DNA of 64,000 nucleotides from an uncultured Candidatus Micrarchaeota archaeon (GCA_903884115.1 CAISDH010000003.1:330-64329), one strand, 5' to 3'. Positions 1 to 10,172 are shown, counted from the first letter of the stretch. Numbers and translations: made by a program. Notes: a model not told the origin generated them from the letters alone.

Positions 1-1556
1 GGACTCCATCTGTAAGTAGCGGGCTGACTCTTGCAACCACGGCTCAGAATCAAGCAGAAGGTGTTTACACAATATATTCAATTGCCTATCCTGCGTATTC
101 TGAAATTTATGTCTCATCAGCTACTGGTGCTCCGAGCAATCCACAAATATCCGATTCTACTACTAATACAATAGTTAGCGGCGATTTAGACCCGGCTTAC
201 CGATATGATTTGTGTGTGATATGCGGGACTAGAAGATTTGCGTATCTATCACCAACCGATTCCTTTAACCAGCTTGCATCGACAGGTGCCTCATATACGA
301 ATGGAATTTGGCAGATATGGTGGGCTGCCACAGGCTCAGAGGGAGGCTCAATGAATTATGGAGCAACATATCCTCTTTCATCATCAGATTCATCATTATC
401 AATAGGGAAGTTCTGGCTAAGCTTCAATCTTTTTGAATCTTCCACTCCAACTGGCAGTATGACTGCGACATGGGCGCGGGCAAGGACCTACCTGCCCGGC
501 GGCTCGATGCCGGCAATGAGCACCGGAGCAGTAGCGGCAACAGCCGCACCGACAGTGCCGCCGCTCCCAAGCGGAATTCTGTACGAAGTCCCTATAACGC
601 TCACCAACACCCAGACATCAGCGTTCTCGGCAAACGCACAGATAATGATACCTGTCAATTCAGCAATATACTCGGCATACGAGGCAGGAAACCTGGGCAA
701 TGCCGAATTCTTCTATTATAACGGCACAATCATACCTTCCTGGCTTGAGGGTTCTATAAGTAATGTTGGGTTGAACACGGCAGGCAACACAGGGCTCTCG
801 GGCTCCACGAACACCATCTACTGGCTCCGCATCTATCCGAGCGGCAATTTCCTCTGCGCCTCGTGCTCGAATACGATTTACATGGGCTTCGCTTCCACTG
901 CAACGAACCTGTTTGGCGCCCTGACCGGCGAAGCGCCTGAGCTGTCAGGCTCCTATGCGACATACGACTACGGTGCGAATGTGTTCAGCTTCTATGACGA
1001 CTTCTCAAGTGGATCATTGACATCGAATGGAAAATGGACAATTGTGGGAAGTCCTACTTATACTACAGGAACAGGATTGAAAGAAACATCAGTTAGCAAT
1101 AATAATTTCGTTGCGTCAGCAGCGAGTTGGGATTCTACAGCGTACATCTCGGAAATGTATGGCTACCAAACGGATACGAATGGCAATGATAGGTTCTTTT
1201 CAGTTGTCACAGGGCAAACTGGTTCTAATCTGGGCGTATATTTTGAAGGTAATTCAGGAACACTTCAGTCCTATGTTCTGTATGGGGGTAGTAGTGGTCA
1301 AGGTTCATTTGCAGGAACAACATTAGGAACTACTGTAAACGCAATACTTTCTATTTATGCAGCACCAGGTGGAGGAACAACGTATGCGATGTATAACTAT
1401 GTCCTTTCATCTACAGGTGCTCCACCAACTCTAACTACTGCATATTATCAGCTTGGTGGCTCAAATTCTGCAACGAACTTTTATCAATGGGCGAGAAGAA
1501 GAGCTATCCCCCCCAACGGCATGATGCCGACAGCGACATTTGGCAGTGTCGCATAG
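1..1556 (+). CDS. Large secreted/surface protein, C-terminal part (5' end lies off-window); LamG/concanavalin-like (DUF2341-like) region
   Basis: The reading frame is open from base 3 to the stop at 1556, so the track ORF 210..1556 is only its tail. The protein is S/T/G/N/Y-rich, and the motif FYDDFSSGSL...KWT resembles archaeal LamG/DUF2341-type surface proteins. Confidence 0.45.
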   Translation, partial: TPSVSSGLTLATTAQNQAEGVYTIYSIAYPAYSEIYVSSATGAPSNPQISDSTTNTIVSGDLDPAYRYDLCVICGTRRFAYLSPTDSFNQLASTGASYTNGIWQIWWAATGSEGGSMNYGATYPLSSSDSSLSIGKFWLSFNLFESSTPTGSMTATWARARTYLPGGSMPAMSTGAVAATAAPTVPPLPSGILYEVPITLTNTQTSAFSANAQIMIPVNSAIYSAYEAGNLGNAEFFYYNGTIIPSWLEGSISNVGLNTAGNTGLSGSTNTIYWLRIYPSGNFLCASCSNTIYMGFASTATNLFGALTGEAPELSGSYATYDYGANVFSFYDDFSSGSLTSNGKWTIVGSPTYTTGTGLKETSVSNNNFVASAASWDSTAYISEMYGYQTDTNGNDRFFSVVTGQTGSNLGVYFEGNSGTLQSYVLYGGSSGQGSFAGTTLGTTVNAILSIYAAPGGGTTYAMYNYVLSSTGAPPTLTTAYYQLGGSNSATNFYQWARRRAIPPNGMMPTATFGSVA

Positions 1557-1612
1557 CTTTTATATCTGCTGGTCTGTAGGTGCGAGGATATTTCAAAATC
1601 TGCAGTGTTTTG

Positions 1613-2245
1613 CTACAGCCGCACCAGGTACGTGTTCCTGTACACGCTCTTGCCCTCCTTTATGCCGTAGAGCGTCCACGATTTCTTGGGCTTCATCTTT
1701 CTCTGCATGAAGTACTCGCTTATGAGGTTCTTGCTGCTGACGTACACGTCGTAGCCGCCCTCGATCCTGTCTGACTTCGTCACGAATGCATTCCTGTTCT
1801 GCAGCCACCTGTCTATGCTGCCAGCTTCCTTATCTACCTTTTTGGGATCTCCGCGCAGCTGCACTATCGCCTCGTAATAGCCGGAGCTCTTCTTGAAGCA
1901 TTCATCGCATGTCCTTCGCGTGATCTTCAGGTGCAATTTCTTCTCAAAGAAGACGCCCTTCTCGGCGCCGTAATAGAAGCGGACGAGCGCATCCCTGTTC
2001 GCGACGCTCAGGACCTCTGCTTTCCAGCCTGGCATCTTCATCGTGGACTCTATGCTCCTGCCTATAGAATCGTTGTCCATCTCAATGTACTTGCCCTTGA
2101 GCCACAAGCGCCCGCACCACCTGCACTGCTGCATTTCTGCGATCGACGGCGCCTGCCTCTTCGCAATGTCCGTGGCGCAGAACTCGCAGAATTCGCCTAT
2201 GAACCTGCATTCCTTGCTTGACCTGTTGCACGTTGGGCAGTTCAC
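1613..2245 (-). CDS. NMD3-family protein (archaeal homolog of the ribosomal large-subunit export adaptor)
   Basis: N-terminal Cys clusters (CPTC, CEFC, CRWCG) and the motif CDECFKKSSGYYEAIVQLRG, which is typical of NMD3. Confidence 0.6.
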   Translation of the reverse strand: MNCPTCNRSSKECRFIGEFCEFCATDIAKRQAPSIAEMQQCRWCGRLWLKGKYIEMDNDSIGRSIESTMKMPGWKAEVLSVANRDALVRFYYGAEKGVFFEKKLHLKITRRTCDECFKKSSGYYEAIVQLRGDPKKVDKEAGSIDRWLQNRNAFVTKSDRIEGGYDVYVSSKNLISEYFMQRKMKPKKSWTLYGIKEGKSVYRNTYLVRL

Positions 2246-3814
2246 TCATACACCGTAGTGCCTGCTCACTATCGCGCTGTATGCCGGCCTTGTTATGATC
2301 ACGCCGAGCAGTGCACCTATTATCGTCGACTCGGAGAAGCCGATGACCTCGACGAGCGACGTCGAGAAGAACAGAGGAAGCATGGCAATGACAAGGAGAA
2401 GCGCATCAGTCCATATTATGTAGAATGCATTCTCGAGCACGGTCTTCATCATAGCTTCGCCTTTCTTGGTGATTATCTCGTCAGTTATGATGATCTGGGC
2501 GTCGACTCCTGTGCCGACCACAGCTATCATGCCTGCGACAGCGGCAAGGTCTATCGTCCCCACAAGCCCTATTATCGAGAATATGATGAATAGCTCCATG
2601 AACGTGGTGAGCAGTATCGGCACCACAAGGAACGCCCGCCTGTACCTGATTGTCATCAGCGCCGAAATCGCCAGTACGGCGCCAAGCCCTATTATCGCGC
2701 TTATGTACAGGAAGTGGCCTCCAAGCGTTGCGGGTATCGTTGTGGGCGTGCCTGCGATTATCGAGACGGGAAGCGCGCCGCCGCTCAGTATGCTTGAGAT
2801 CTCCTTCCCTTGCGATTGCGCATACGTTATCTTGTCTGCCTGTGCGAGCGTTTGCGGCGCAGCGCCGGATATCTGGTATGACTGGCTCACGTTGCCGTTA
2901 GTGACGCCAGGGCTAAGTATTGGAGATGACAGCAGGCCGACCGCAGGCCACGTATCCACTATGCTGCCGTTATACGTCTTGCCGTACACAGGTGTCATGT
3001 TCGCGTTGCTCTCCAGCTTCACGCTATAGTTCTGGCCCTGCATGTAGGCCAGCAGCACGCTGCTTATCCCCCTGCTTGCTATCACCTTCTTGTATGATGC
3101 GTGGCTCTTGAGCATGTTCTCGGCATTGCTTATGCTGGAGTTGGTGCCGCTCACCGCTATCACAGGGATCGAAGCGTCGCCCAGGCTCAGCGCCTTCTGC
3201 ATCGCTGCGAGCGCCTGGCCCTGGCTAAGGCCCGATGACGCGTTGGCCAGAAGCGTCGAGTTTATCACGATGACAGTTGAGCTCGGCCTGTCCAGGAACA
3301 TGTAGAGTGGCTGGTTGCCCTGGCCAAGGACTACGTCTGCGAACCGCGCCGCAGCGCTCTGAGTGAGATAGAACGTGACTGCCCACTCCACACTGTTGTT
3401 CATGATCTGCGGAGGGATCGCTCCTATGCTTCCGGGGATTATTCCGGAGCCGTTTATCGCTTCCTTGCCGTTGACCACTCCTTCATAATTTCCCTGGCTC
3501 TGTATTATTGCAAGGGTCTGGTTGATGTCGCTGCCTGCCACTGTCGGTATTATCACATAGACGTGAGAATCTCCCACGCCCTCCACCGTGACCTGCTTAA
3601 GCCCGAAGGTCGAGACCCTCTGCTGCAGGTCGGAGATCAGGGCGCTCATCGTGGTAAGGTTCACCGAGTGCTCCAGCGTTATCGGTATCTGGGTGCCTCC
3701 CACGAACTCGATGCCAAGATGCACACCGGAATGCAAGTCAAGCGCTGCAAGGGCTATGACTATGATTATTGCAGTCAGGATCCTCCTGTCCTTGAAATAT
3801 TCTAATAGGCTCAT
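2246..3814 (-). CDS. secD: Protein-export membrane protein SecD
   Basis: 522 aa with an N-terminal TM, a large periplasmic-type domain and a C-terminal 5-TM bundle. The motif GTGVDAQIIITDEI matches the SecD GxxVDAxVLIFERI region. It overlaps secF by 4 nt. Confidence 0.8.
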   Translation of the reverse strand: MSLLEYFKDRRILTAIIIVIALAALDLHSGVHLGIEFVGGTQIPITLEHSVNLTTMSALISDLQQRVSTFGLKQVTVEGVGDSHVYVIIPTVAGSDINQTLAIIQSQGNYEGVVNGKEAINGSGIIPGSIGAIPPQIMNNSVEWAVTFYLTQSAAARFADVVLGQGNQPLYMFLDRPSSTVIVINSTLLANASSGLSQGQALAAMQKALSLGDASIPVIAVSGTNSSISNAENMLKSHASYKKVIASRGISSVLLAYMQGQNYSVKLESNANMTPVYGKTYNGSIVDTWPAVGLLSSPILSPGVTNGNVSQSYQISGAAPQTLAQADKITYAQSQGKEISSILSGGALPVSIIAGTPTTIPATLGGHFLYISAIIGLGAVLAISALMTIRYRRAFLVVPILLTTFMELFIIFSIIGLVGTIDLAAVAGMIAVVGTGVDAQIIITDEIITKKGEAMMKTVLENAFYIIWTDALLLVIAMLPLFFSTSLVEVIGFSESTIIGALLGVIITRPAYSAIVSRHYGV

Positions 3815-4971
3815 CTGCGCACCTCTCTATGTGCCTCTTTCCTGTGCTTGTACCAGAGCAGCAGAGGCATGCTGCCCAGCCATGTTGCTGCCAGGTCTGC
3901 TATGAGCCCGGCAAGCACGACGCTAGATATCTCGAAGTACGTCTGTACGAATGTGAAATACGATACTATGAACAGCACGGCAAATGAGACTATGGCAGCA
4001 AATGTCATCGTGGTGCCTGTCTTCATGGCCGATAGCGCCCTCTCTGGAGGTGTGCCGTCGGTCCTCTTCAGGACCCTTATCGCGGCGAGCATGTCAGTGT
4101 CTATGGCATAGCCTATCAGCATGAGCAGCCCGCCTATCGATGATATGCCCAGCGGTATGCCAAGCACTGCCATCACTCCCAGCGCCACCACTATGTCGTT
4201 TACTGCCCCAAAGACCACCGTGAAAGCTGGTATTGGGCTCTTGAATATCACAAGGACCGCGATCGCGACGAGCACGAATGCGGCTATGATGACGTCGAGC
4301 ATCTGGTTCAGGAAGAATGCGCCCAGCGTCGGTGTTACCTCGTTGTACGAGTATGTTGAGAACGGCAGGATCCCGTGGAACGTAGCAACGACATGCGACT
4401 CGTATTTTGCACTTGCGTTCGCGTATGCCTCCTTGGACTCGTTGAGCATCAATGCGACGCTGCTGCTGTTGTATGCTGTGCTGCCTATGAACTGTTTCAG
4501 GTATCCTAGCTCTTCTGCTAGCGTCATGTTGATGCTCCTGCGCGCACTCTGCTGAGCTGTCTGTGCGCTGGTCATCATGCCCTGCAGCGTTGCGTTGCCA
4601 GGCTGCGTCTTGATCTCGTCCTGCAGCATGGTGATGTTGACCGATGCCTTGGAATAATTGCCATATGCGTTGTAAATGCCAAGCAGCGCCGTCTCTGCGC
4701 TTGCTATGCTGGCATTTGTGGCCATGATGACTGAGATGCCTCCTGGTGCGATTGAAACGCTGGCCTGGGCTCCCGGAATCTTTGTGTTTATCTGTGTTGT
4801 GAGCTGCCTCACGTCAAGCGTCGCATTGGTCTGCAGCTGCAGGTTTATGCCTCCCTTTAGCGAAGAGTCGAGCTGCATGCTTGGTATGAAGTAGATTCCA
4901 AGCAGCATCAATGCTATTGGGATTGCGAGCAGTAGCTTGTATTGCCTTAGCTCGTAGATGTTTGTTGTCAT
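3811..4971 (-). CDS. secF: Protein-export membrane protein SecF
   Basis: The C-terminal motif IGYAIDTDMLAAIRV matches SecF GYSINDTIVVFDRI. I chose the ATG at 4971 (MTTNIYELRQYK) because a TATA box (CCTTTTTATATTC) lies about 25-30 nt upstream. The track ORF extends to 5034. Confidence 0.8.
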   Translation of the reverse strand: MTTNIYELRQYKLLLAIPIALMLLGIYFIPSMQLDSSLKGGINLQLQTNATLDVRQLTTQINTKIPGAQASVSIAPGGISVIMATNASIASAETALLGIYNAYGNYSKASVNITMLQDEIKTQPGNATLQGMMTSAQTAQQSARRSINMTLAEELGYLKQFIGSTAYNSSSVALMLNESKEAYANASAKYESHVVATFHGILPFSTYSYNEVTPTLGAFFLNQMLDVIIAAFVLVAIAVLVIFKSPIPAFTVVFGAVNDIVVALGVMAVLGIPLGISSIGGLLMLIGYAIDTDMLAAIRVLKRTDGTPPERALSAMKTGTTMTFAAIVSFAVLFIVSYFTFVQTYFEISSVVLAGLIADLAATWLGSMPLLLWYKHRKEAHREVRR

Positions 4972-5011
4972 TGGATCAGATTGTGCAGAAAGAATATAAA
5001 AAGGAATAGAA

Positions 5012-5028
5012 TGGGCCCACAGGGCCCA
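5012..5028 (-). terminator. GC-rich hairpin TGGGCCC-ACA-GGGCCCA between the small membrane gene and the secF promoter
   Basis: Perfect 7-bp stem with a 3-nt loop. On the minus strand it is followed by a T-rich tract. Confidence 0.3.
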
Positions 5029-5038
5029 AGTCAATCAG

Positions 5039-5314
5039 TCAACCATACCTCTTCATCAGCTTCAGGTGCAGGGTGACGCTTACGCCGAATATGATTGTGA
5101 ACAGGGCAAGCATCACAAGCGACCATCCTGAGAACATCACGACACTCATCCCCTCGGGGACGTATTTTATGAGCAGTATTGCCTCTGACAGCAGGTATAT
5201 GCTCCAGAACAGGGTCTGGTACATTACCCATATGCCTTGCTTCTCCTTGTAGCTCAGCATACGTTCAAACTCCATGCTAGGGTCTACCACCATCACGTCA
5301 TCTTTCTTTGCCAT
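5039..5314 (-). CDS. Small membrane protein (2 predicted TM helices), unknown function
   Basis: 91-aa ORF with two hydrophobic segments. A TATA-like box CTTTTTATATC lies upstream. Confidence 0.4.
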   Translation of the reverse strand: MAKKDDVMVVDPSMEFERMLSYKEKQGIWVMYQTLFWSIYLLSEAILLIKYVPEGMSVVMFSGWSLVMLALFTIIFGVSVTLHLKLMKRYG

Positions 5315-5375
5315 TCAATCACTCTTTTTATATCTAAACAAAAGCTTAAAAAGGTATGGCATATAGAGTGATTCC

Positions 5376-6152
5376 ATGGCAAGGAGGCTGGGAAGAAAGA
5401 AGCGCCCGTCGCGCGAAGCACACATGCTGAAGGAGCAGCTGAAGATAGACTCCGGGATATTCGACGACCAGACAATGGTCTATCTCAGCAAGTTCTTCAA
5501 CAAGGGGGTGATGAGCCGGCTGGGCTTCATAATCGCCCGCGGCAAGGAGGCCGAAGTCTATGTGGCAGAGGCCGGAGACGCTGAGGTCGCGAAAGGCGCC
5601 AAGTACGTCATAATGAAGTTCTACAGGGTGGAGACGTCGTCGTTCCTGAACATGACCGACTACATAATCGGCGATCCCCGGTTCTCAAAGGTGAGCAAGA
5701 GCAAGCACGCGATAATCAACACGTGGTGCAAGAAGGAATACGGCAATCTCGAGATCGCGAGGCTAGCAGGCGCGAACGCGCCAAAGCCGTACATGTTCAA
5801 CGGCACCATACTGGCCATGGAGTTCATAGGCAGCGACGAGGGCGTGCCTGCGCCGCATCTTAAGGACGCTGTGCTTGAAGATCCCGAGCATGTGATGAAC
5901 TCAATAATAGGGCAGATACGCCGCCTGTACCTGCGCGAACTCGTGCACGCCGACCTCAGCGAGTACAACGTTCTCATGAAGGGCAGCACTCCGTACATGA
6001 TAGACTTCGGCCAGGCTGTGGTGCTGAGGCATCCGAATGCCATGCGCTTCCTGCGCCGCGATGTCGAGAACATCGTGCGCTACTTCTCAAAGCACTACGG
6101 CATAGAGAGGAGCGCGGAAGACGTGCTGAAGTACGTCACTGGCCCAGCGTAA
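5376..6152 (+). CDS. rio1: RIO-type serine/threonine protein kinase (Rio1-like)
   Basis: RIO domain features: GKEAEVY, LVHADLSEYNVL, IDFGQAV. There is no N-terminal wHTH, which points to Rio1 rather than Rio2. TATA AAGCTTAAAAAGG and SD AGTGAT lie upstream. Confidence 0.8.
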   Translation: MARRLGRKKRPSREAHMLKEQLKIDSGIFDDQTMVYLSKFFNKGVMSRLGFIIARGKEAEVYVAEAGDAEVAKGAKYVIMKFYRVETSSFLNMTDYIIGDPRFSKVSKSKHAIINTWCKKEYGNLEIARLAGANAPKPYMFNGTILAMEFIGSDEGVPAPHLKDAVLEDPEHVMNSIIGQIRRLYLRELVHADLSEYNVLMKGSTPYMIDFGQAVVLRHPNAMRFLRRDVENIVRYFSKHYGIERSAEDVLKYVTGPA

Positions 6153-7284
6153 TCATCTTCGCTTTTTTCATGGTCATGCGCAGCGCCGTGTCCAGCTTTG
6201 CCGCCTTATAGACTGCGCGAAGCCCCTTGGCGTCGCTAACTAGAACAGTATTTCTCGAGTTTGTCTGGCATACGTCCTTGTACGTGCCGATCGAGAGCTC
6301 GAAGGTGCCGATCTTCTTCGCGACGTTTACGATCTCCTGTTTGTCAAAGCCTATCAGCGGCCTCATGATGAACGGGTCTATGTTATGGGTGGTCGCATTG
6401 AGGTTCGATGCGGTCTGCGATGCCACCTGGCCGAGACTCTCGCCCGTGACTATGCATGATGCCTTCTCCTTCTTTGCGATGCCTCCCGCAAGCCTGTAGA
6501 TGAACAGCTTGAATAGCAGGTTACCGTACTTTGAGGGCGTATTCATCACAAAGGACTGGTACACATAGCCTGGAATAATGTAAGTCTCTGCCTTGCCGTA
6601 ATATTTTGACAGCGCCCCGGTCAGCTTGTCTATCTTGGACAGCCTCTCATCGTCGTTGCTCTGGAAGGCGTGCACGTGAACGTATATCGGCTCGAGGCCG
6701 CGCTTCATTGCGTAGAACGAAGCGACGGGGGAGTCTATCCCGCCGGAAAGCAGTATCACTGCCTTGCCTGAGGTGCCTACAGGGAGTCCTCCAAGCCCCA
6801 TTATTTTCTTGACGTAAAGGAATGATCCGCGGTTTGTCACGTTCACATAGAGCCTCTTCCTGGCTTTCTTGTCCATGTCAAACTTCAGCTTCTTCGCCCT
6901 GTCCAGGAGCGTGTCCACGATGTCCTTTGAAGAGAAGTTCACGCTCTTCAGGCTTCTATGCGCCACGATCCTGACGGTGGAACCGGGCTCTATTATCTCG
7001 CGTGCACACTCTACGATATCCGCTATGCTGTTCTTCGTTACCGCTACTGGCGCGAACCAGCTTATGCCGAACACGTACCCCAGCTTGCCCAGTATGGAGT
7101 GCATGTCCGATTTCTCATTAAGGTGCAGCATGAACCTGTCGCGCATGTTCTCCAGCGAGTCGTATTTCTCTTCCAAGAGCGCGTCGCGCACGTTCCTGTA
7201 GAGCGCGTTAACAAAAAACCTCCTGTTCTCGCCCTTCAGCCAGATCTCCCCGAAGTGTATAACGACTTCCTTGTAGTTGAACAC
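6136..7284 (-). CDS. thiI: tRNA 4-thiouridine synthase ThiI (THUMP + PP-loop ATPase)
   Basis: PP-loop motif LLSGGIDSPVA, N-terminal ferredoxin-like/THUMP region, length 382 aa. Confidence 0.8.
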   Translation of the reverse strand: MFNYKEVVIHFGEIWLKGENRRFFVNALYRNVRDALLEEKYDSLENMRDRFMLHLNEKSDMHSILGKLGYVFGISWFAPVAVTKNSIADIVECAREIIEPGSTVRIVAHRSLKSVNFSSKDIVDTLLDRAKKLKFDMDKKARKRLYVNVTNRGSFLYVKKIMGLGGLPVGTSGKAVILLSGGIDSPVASFYAMKRGLEPIYVHVHAFQSNDDERLSKIDKLTGALSKYYGKAETYIIPGYVYQSFVMNTPSKYGNLLFKLFIYRLAGGIAKKEKASCIVTGESLGQVASQTASNLNATTHNIDPFIMRPLIGFDKQEIVNVAKKIGTFELSIGTYKDVCQTNSRNTVLVSDAKGLRAVYKAAKLDTALRMTMKKAKMITLGQ

Positions 7285-7338
7285 GCAGTCACCTGATTAT
7301 CTTATAAACATTAACGCCAATCATTAAAGAGGATTCGT

Positions 7339-7533
7339 ATGGGCATATTGGATAAGCTTCAGCGCTTTATGTCGGATTCCAGGCACGTCCTGAGCATGAG
7401 CTATAGGCCCAGTGCAGACGAGTTCAACAAGAGCGCAAAGGTCATAATAGTGGGCATCCTTCTTGTCGGAACCCTCGGGTTCGTCATATCCTTGATAATA
7501 TCGCTGATCATGTCGGGCACGCTGCCCATCTGA
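7339..7533 (+). CDS. secE: Preprotein translocase subunit SecE / Sec61gamma
   Basis: 64-aa tail-anchored protein. The pattern RPSADEFNKSAKVIIVGILLVGTLGFVISLI matches archaeal SecE. Confidence 0.6.
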   Translation: MGILDKLQRFMSDSRHVLSMSYRPSADEFNKSAKVIIVGILLVGTLGFVISLIISLIMSGTLPI

Positions 7534-7539
7534 GATTCT

Positions 7540-8364
7540 ATGGAAGTAAGGATCGACTTCACGAAATCTGCGCAGGATAACGCGGACGAGCTCTACAAGA
7601 AGGCAAAGAAGCTTCTTGCGAAGAAGGCCGGCGCAGTCGATGCGATCAAGGAACTGCAGAAGAGGCTTGAGGCTGCGGGCGCCAAGGGAGGCGTGCGGCA
7701 GGCTCCAAAAATCCTCAAGGTTACCAAGGCAGAATGGTATGAGAAGTTCCACTGGTTCTTCACGAGCAGCGGCATGCTCGCGATAGGCGGCCGTGACGCG
7801 CAGCAGAATGAGATGCTTAACTCAAAGTACTTCGGCGAAAGCGATCTCTTCTTCCATGCGGACATATTCGGCGCTCCTGTGGTTGTCCTCAAGGACGGCG
7901 CAGCTGCGGACAGCGGCACAAAGGAGGAGGCTGCGCAGTTTGCAGCATGCTATTCCAGCGCATGGAAGCAGATGCTGGGCGCCGTGGACGTGTACGCGAT
8001 GCGAAGGGAGCAGGTCAGCAAATCAAGCGAAAAGGGCTACCTGGGCGCAGGAAGCTTCCTGCTCAAGGGCGAGCGCGAATGGCATCGGAACATGAAGCTC
8101 GAGCTCGTGGCGTTCCTGGACAACGGCAAGCTCATGATGGTCCCATCGAAAGCATTCGAGAGGATGCGCTTCGAGAAGCTGCAATACGCAAGAATAACAA
8201 TTGGCGACTCCATCAAGCACGACGCCGCAAAGAAGCTGGCGCGCATACTGGGCCATGATGGACTGGATGCGATAATGGTGAGGCTGCCTACGGGCACTTT
8301 CTCCGTAGTTGCGAGTGCAATTGCTCCGGGTTCGGCTTCTGCGGGCGCCGCTGCAAAAAGCTGA
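7540..8364 (+). CDS. NFACT-family protein, C-terminal half only (coiled coil + NFACT-R/DUF814 + NFACT-C)
   Basis: Motifs WFFTSSGMLAIGGRDAQQNEML and LFFHADIFGAPVVVLK are typical of the DUF814/NFACT-R domain of RqcH/NEMF homologs. Confidence 0.6.
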   Translation: MEVRIDFTKSAQDNADELYKKAKKLLAKKAGAVDAIKELQKRLEAAGAKGGVRQAPKILKVTKAEWYEKFHWFFTSSGMLAIGGRDAQQNEMLNSKYFGESDLFFHADIFGAPVVVLKDGAAADSGTKEEAAQFAACYSSAWKQMLGAVDVYAMRREQVSKSSEKGYLGAGSFLLKGEREWHRNMKLELVAFLDNGKLMMVPSKAFERMRFEKLQYARITIGDSIKHDAAKKLARILGHDGLDAIMVRLPTGTFSVVASAIAPGSASAGAAAKS

Positions 8365-8365
8365 T

Positions 8366-9124
8366 TCAGATCTTCATCCTCTTCAGTGCCTGCGTTCCTA
8401 TGCCGACCATGGCCAATGCGAAGGCCACTATCACTATGAAGTCTATCCCGAGTCCTCCGAAGCCGCTCGGCGTGCGCAGTATCACCGTTCTGAGAGCGTC
8501 AACCGCGTAAGACACAGGGTTCACCGCTACGAAAGCGTACAGCCATGACGGAAGGTTCTTCACCGGGAAGAGCGCTCCGCTCAGGAAGAACAGCGGGAAT
8601 ATCACAAAGCTTGACATCAGTCCGAAGCCCTCGGGGCTGCTCATCAACGAGCCGAATGTGAGGCCCAGGCTTATTATTGCAACCATAAGCAAGGCTATGA
8701 CCACCAGGCTCACGAACAGCGAATAAAGTGTGAAATGTATTCCGAAGAAGAGTTGGCCGAGCACTAGCAGTATGCATATCTCTATGGCTCCGTCAGTCGC
8801 GCCGCCCAGCACCTTGCCGAAGAATATTGTTGTCCTGCTAAGCGGAGCCACGAGCACTTCCTTGAGGAAATCCACTCTCTTGTCCATTATTATGTAGAGT
8901 CCAAAGAAAAGCGACCCGAACAGCACGGTCATAACAAGTATGCCTGGGAATATGTACGCCTGGTAATTGGCTCCGCTGATCTCGACCACAGATCCGAGTC
9001 CGGTTCCGAATATCACCAACCACATCAGCGGTTGCACTAGCGAGCTCACTATCCTGGACCTTTCCCTTATGAACACCTTGAACTCCCTGTACCACAGCGC
9101 ATACAATCCGCTAAGCTCGCTCAT
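8366..9124 (-). CDS. ABC-2 type transporter permease
   Basis: 252 aa with 6 predicted TM helices. It lies immediately downstream of the ABC ATPase (4-nt gap). Confidence 0.75.
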   Translation of the reverse strand: MSELSGLYALWYREFKVFIRERSRIVSSLVQPLMWLVIFGTGLGSVVEISGANYQAYIFPGILVMTVLFGSLFFGLYIIMDKRVDFLKEVLVAPLSRTTIFFGKVLGGATDGAIEICILLVLGQLFFGIHFTLYSLFVSLVVIALLMVAIISLGLTFGSLMSSPEGFGLMSSFVIFPLFFLSGALFPVKNLPSWLYAFVAVNPVSYAVDALRTVILRTPSGFGGLGIDFIVIVAFALAMVGIGTQALKRMKI

Positions 9125-9128
9125 AGCA

Positions 9129-10103
9129 TCACTTGTTCCCTGAATGCATCATCCGTTCGCTCCAGCCGCCCTCAGCATCAGATTCATCAGATTCGCGTAT
9201 CTCGTTTCCTGTGAAGTGCAGGAAGACGTCGTTGAGCGTGGGCGACCTTGACTCCACGCTCTCCACATTGCCTGCCTTCTTAAGTATCTCCTGGAGGTGC
9301 ATGCCCGCATCGTTAACCGCGAGCGTCAGAATGCCGTTAGCATATTCCGTGCTCTTTATGTACTTCAGACTCTTTAGGCTCTTGATATTCGGCTTGTTCA
9401 CCGTAATCCTGACCACGTCGCCTCCGAGTTTCTTCTTGAGATTGATTGGGGTGTCGGTCACCACTATCTTGCCGTGGTCTATTATTGCAATCCTGTCGCA
9501 GAGCAGGTCCGCCTCTTCCATGTAGTGCGTCGTTATTATTATCGTGACCTTCCTTTCTGTCGATAGCTTCTTTATGTATTTCCAGAGGTGCTCCCTTGTC
9601 TGTGGATCCAGCCCCAGAGTGGGCTCGTCAAGGAAAAGCACCTTGGGTTCGTGGAGAAGCCCCCTTGCAAGTTCCAGCCTTCTCCTCATGCCTCCGGAAT
9701 ATGTTCTCATACGTTCGTGCTGCCTCTTTGTGAGGTCGACAAGCTCCAACACGTCATCCATCTTTTTGTTAATGTCCTTCATGTCAACTCCGTACATGAG
9801 CGCGTGCAGGTAGAGGTTCTCCCTGCCTGTGAGCAGGTCGTCGGAGCTCGGGTCCTGGAATACGAAGCCTATGCTTGCCCTCACCTTCGAAGGCTCTTTC
9901 CTGACGTCGAACCCGTTGACAGAAGCAGTGCCTGCGGTGGGCGGTATCAGCGTGGAGAGCATAGAGAGCGTGGTCGTCTTCCCTGCGCCGTTCGGGCCAA
10001 GCAATCCGAATATCTCGCCCTCCTTTATGCTGAGGTCGATGCCCCTGACCGCGGTGAACTTGTCAAACTTCTTGGTGAGGCCCCGTGCATTGATAATGTC
10101 CAT
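9129..10103 (-). CDS. ABC transporter ATP-binding protein (DrrA/ABC-2 subfamily)
   Basis: Walker A GPNGAGKTT, signature YSGGMRRRL, Walker B LFLDEPT. Confidence 0.9.
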   Translation of the reverse strand: MDIINARGLTKKFDKFTAVRGIDLSIKEGEIFGLLGPNGAGKTTTLSMLSTLIPPTAGTASVNGFDVRKEPSKVRASIGFVFQDPSSDDLLTGRENLYLHALMYGVDMKDINKKMDDVLELVDLTKRQHERMRTYSGGMRRRLELARGLLHEPKVLFLDEPTLGLDPQTREHLWKYIKKLSTERKVTIIITTHYMEEADLLCDRIAIIDHGKIVVTDTPINLKKKLGGDVVRITVNKPNIKSLKSLKYIKSTEYANGILTLAVNDAGMHLQEILKKAGNVESVESRSPTLNDVFLHFTGNEIRESDESDAEGGWSERMMHSGNK

Positions 10104-10172
10104 GCAGATCCTAATGTGTTGAAATTAGACTACAAGTCTTATATACTAAATACTTTCACTTCTTACTCTGCT

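Noticed and set aside
9588-10172. N-terminal about 195 codons of the 325-aa track ORF 9588..10565
   Set aside because: This part is antisense to the well-supported ABC ATPase gene (9129..10103) and has an R/P/C/H-rich junk-like composition. Only the C-terminal glyoxalase domain from ATG 10173 is credible.
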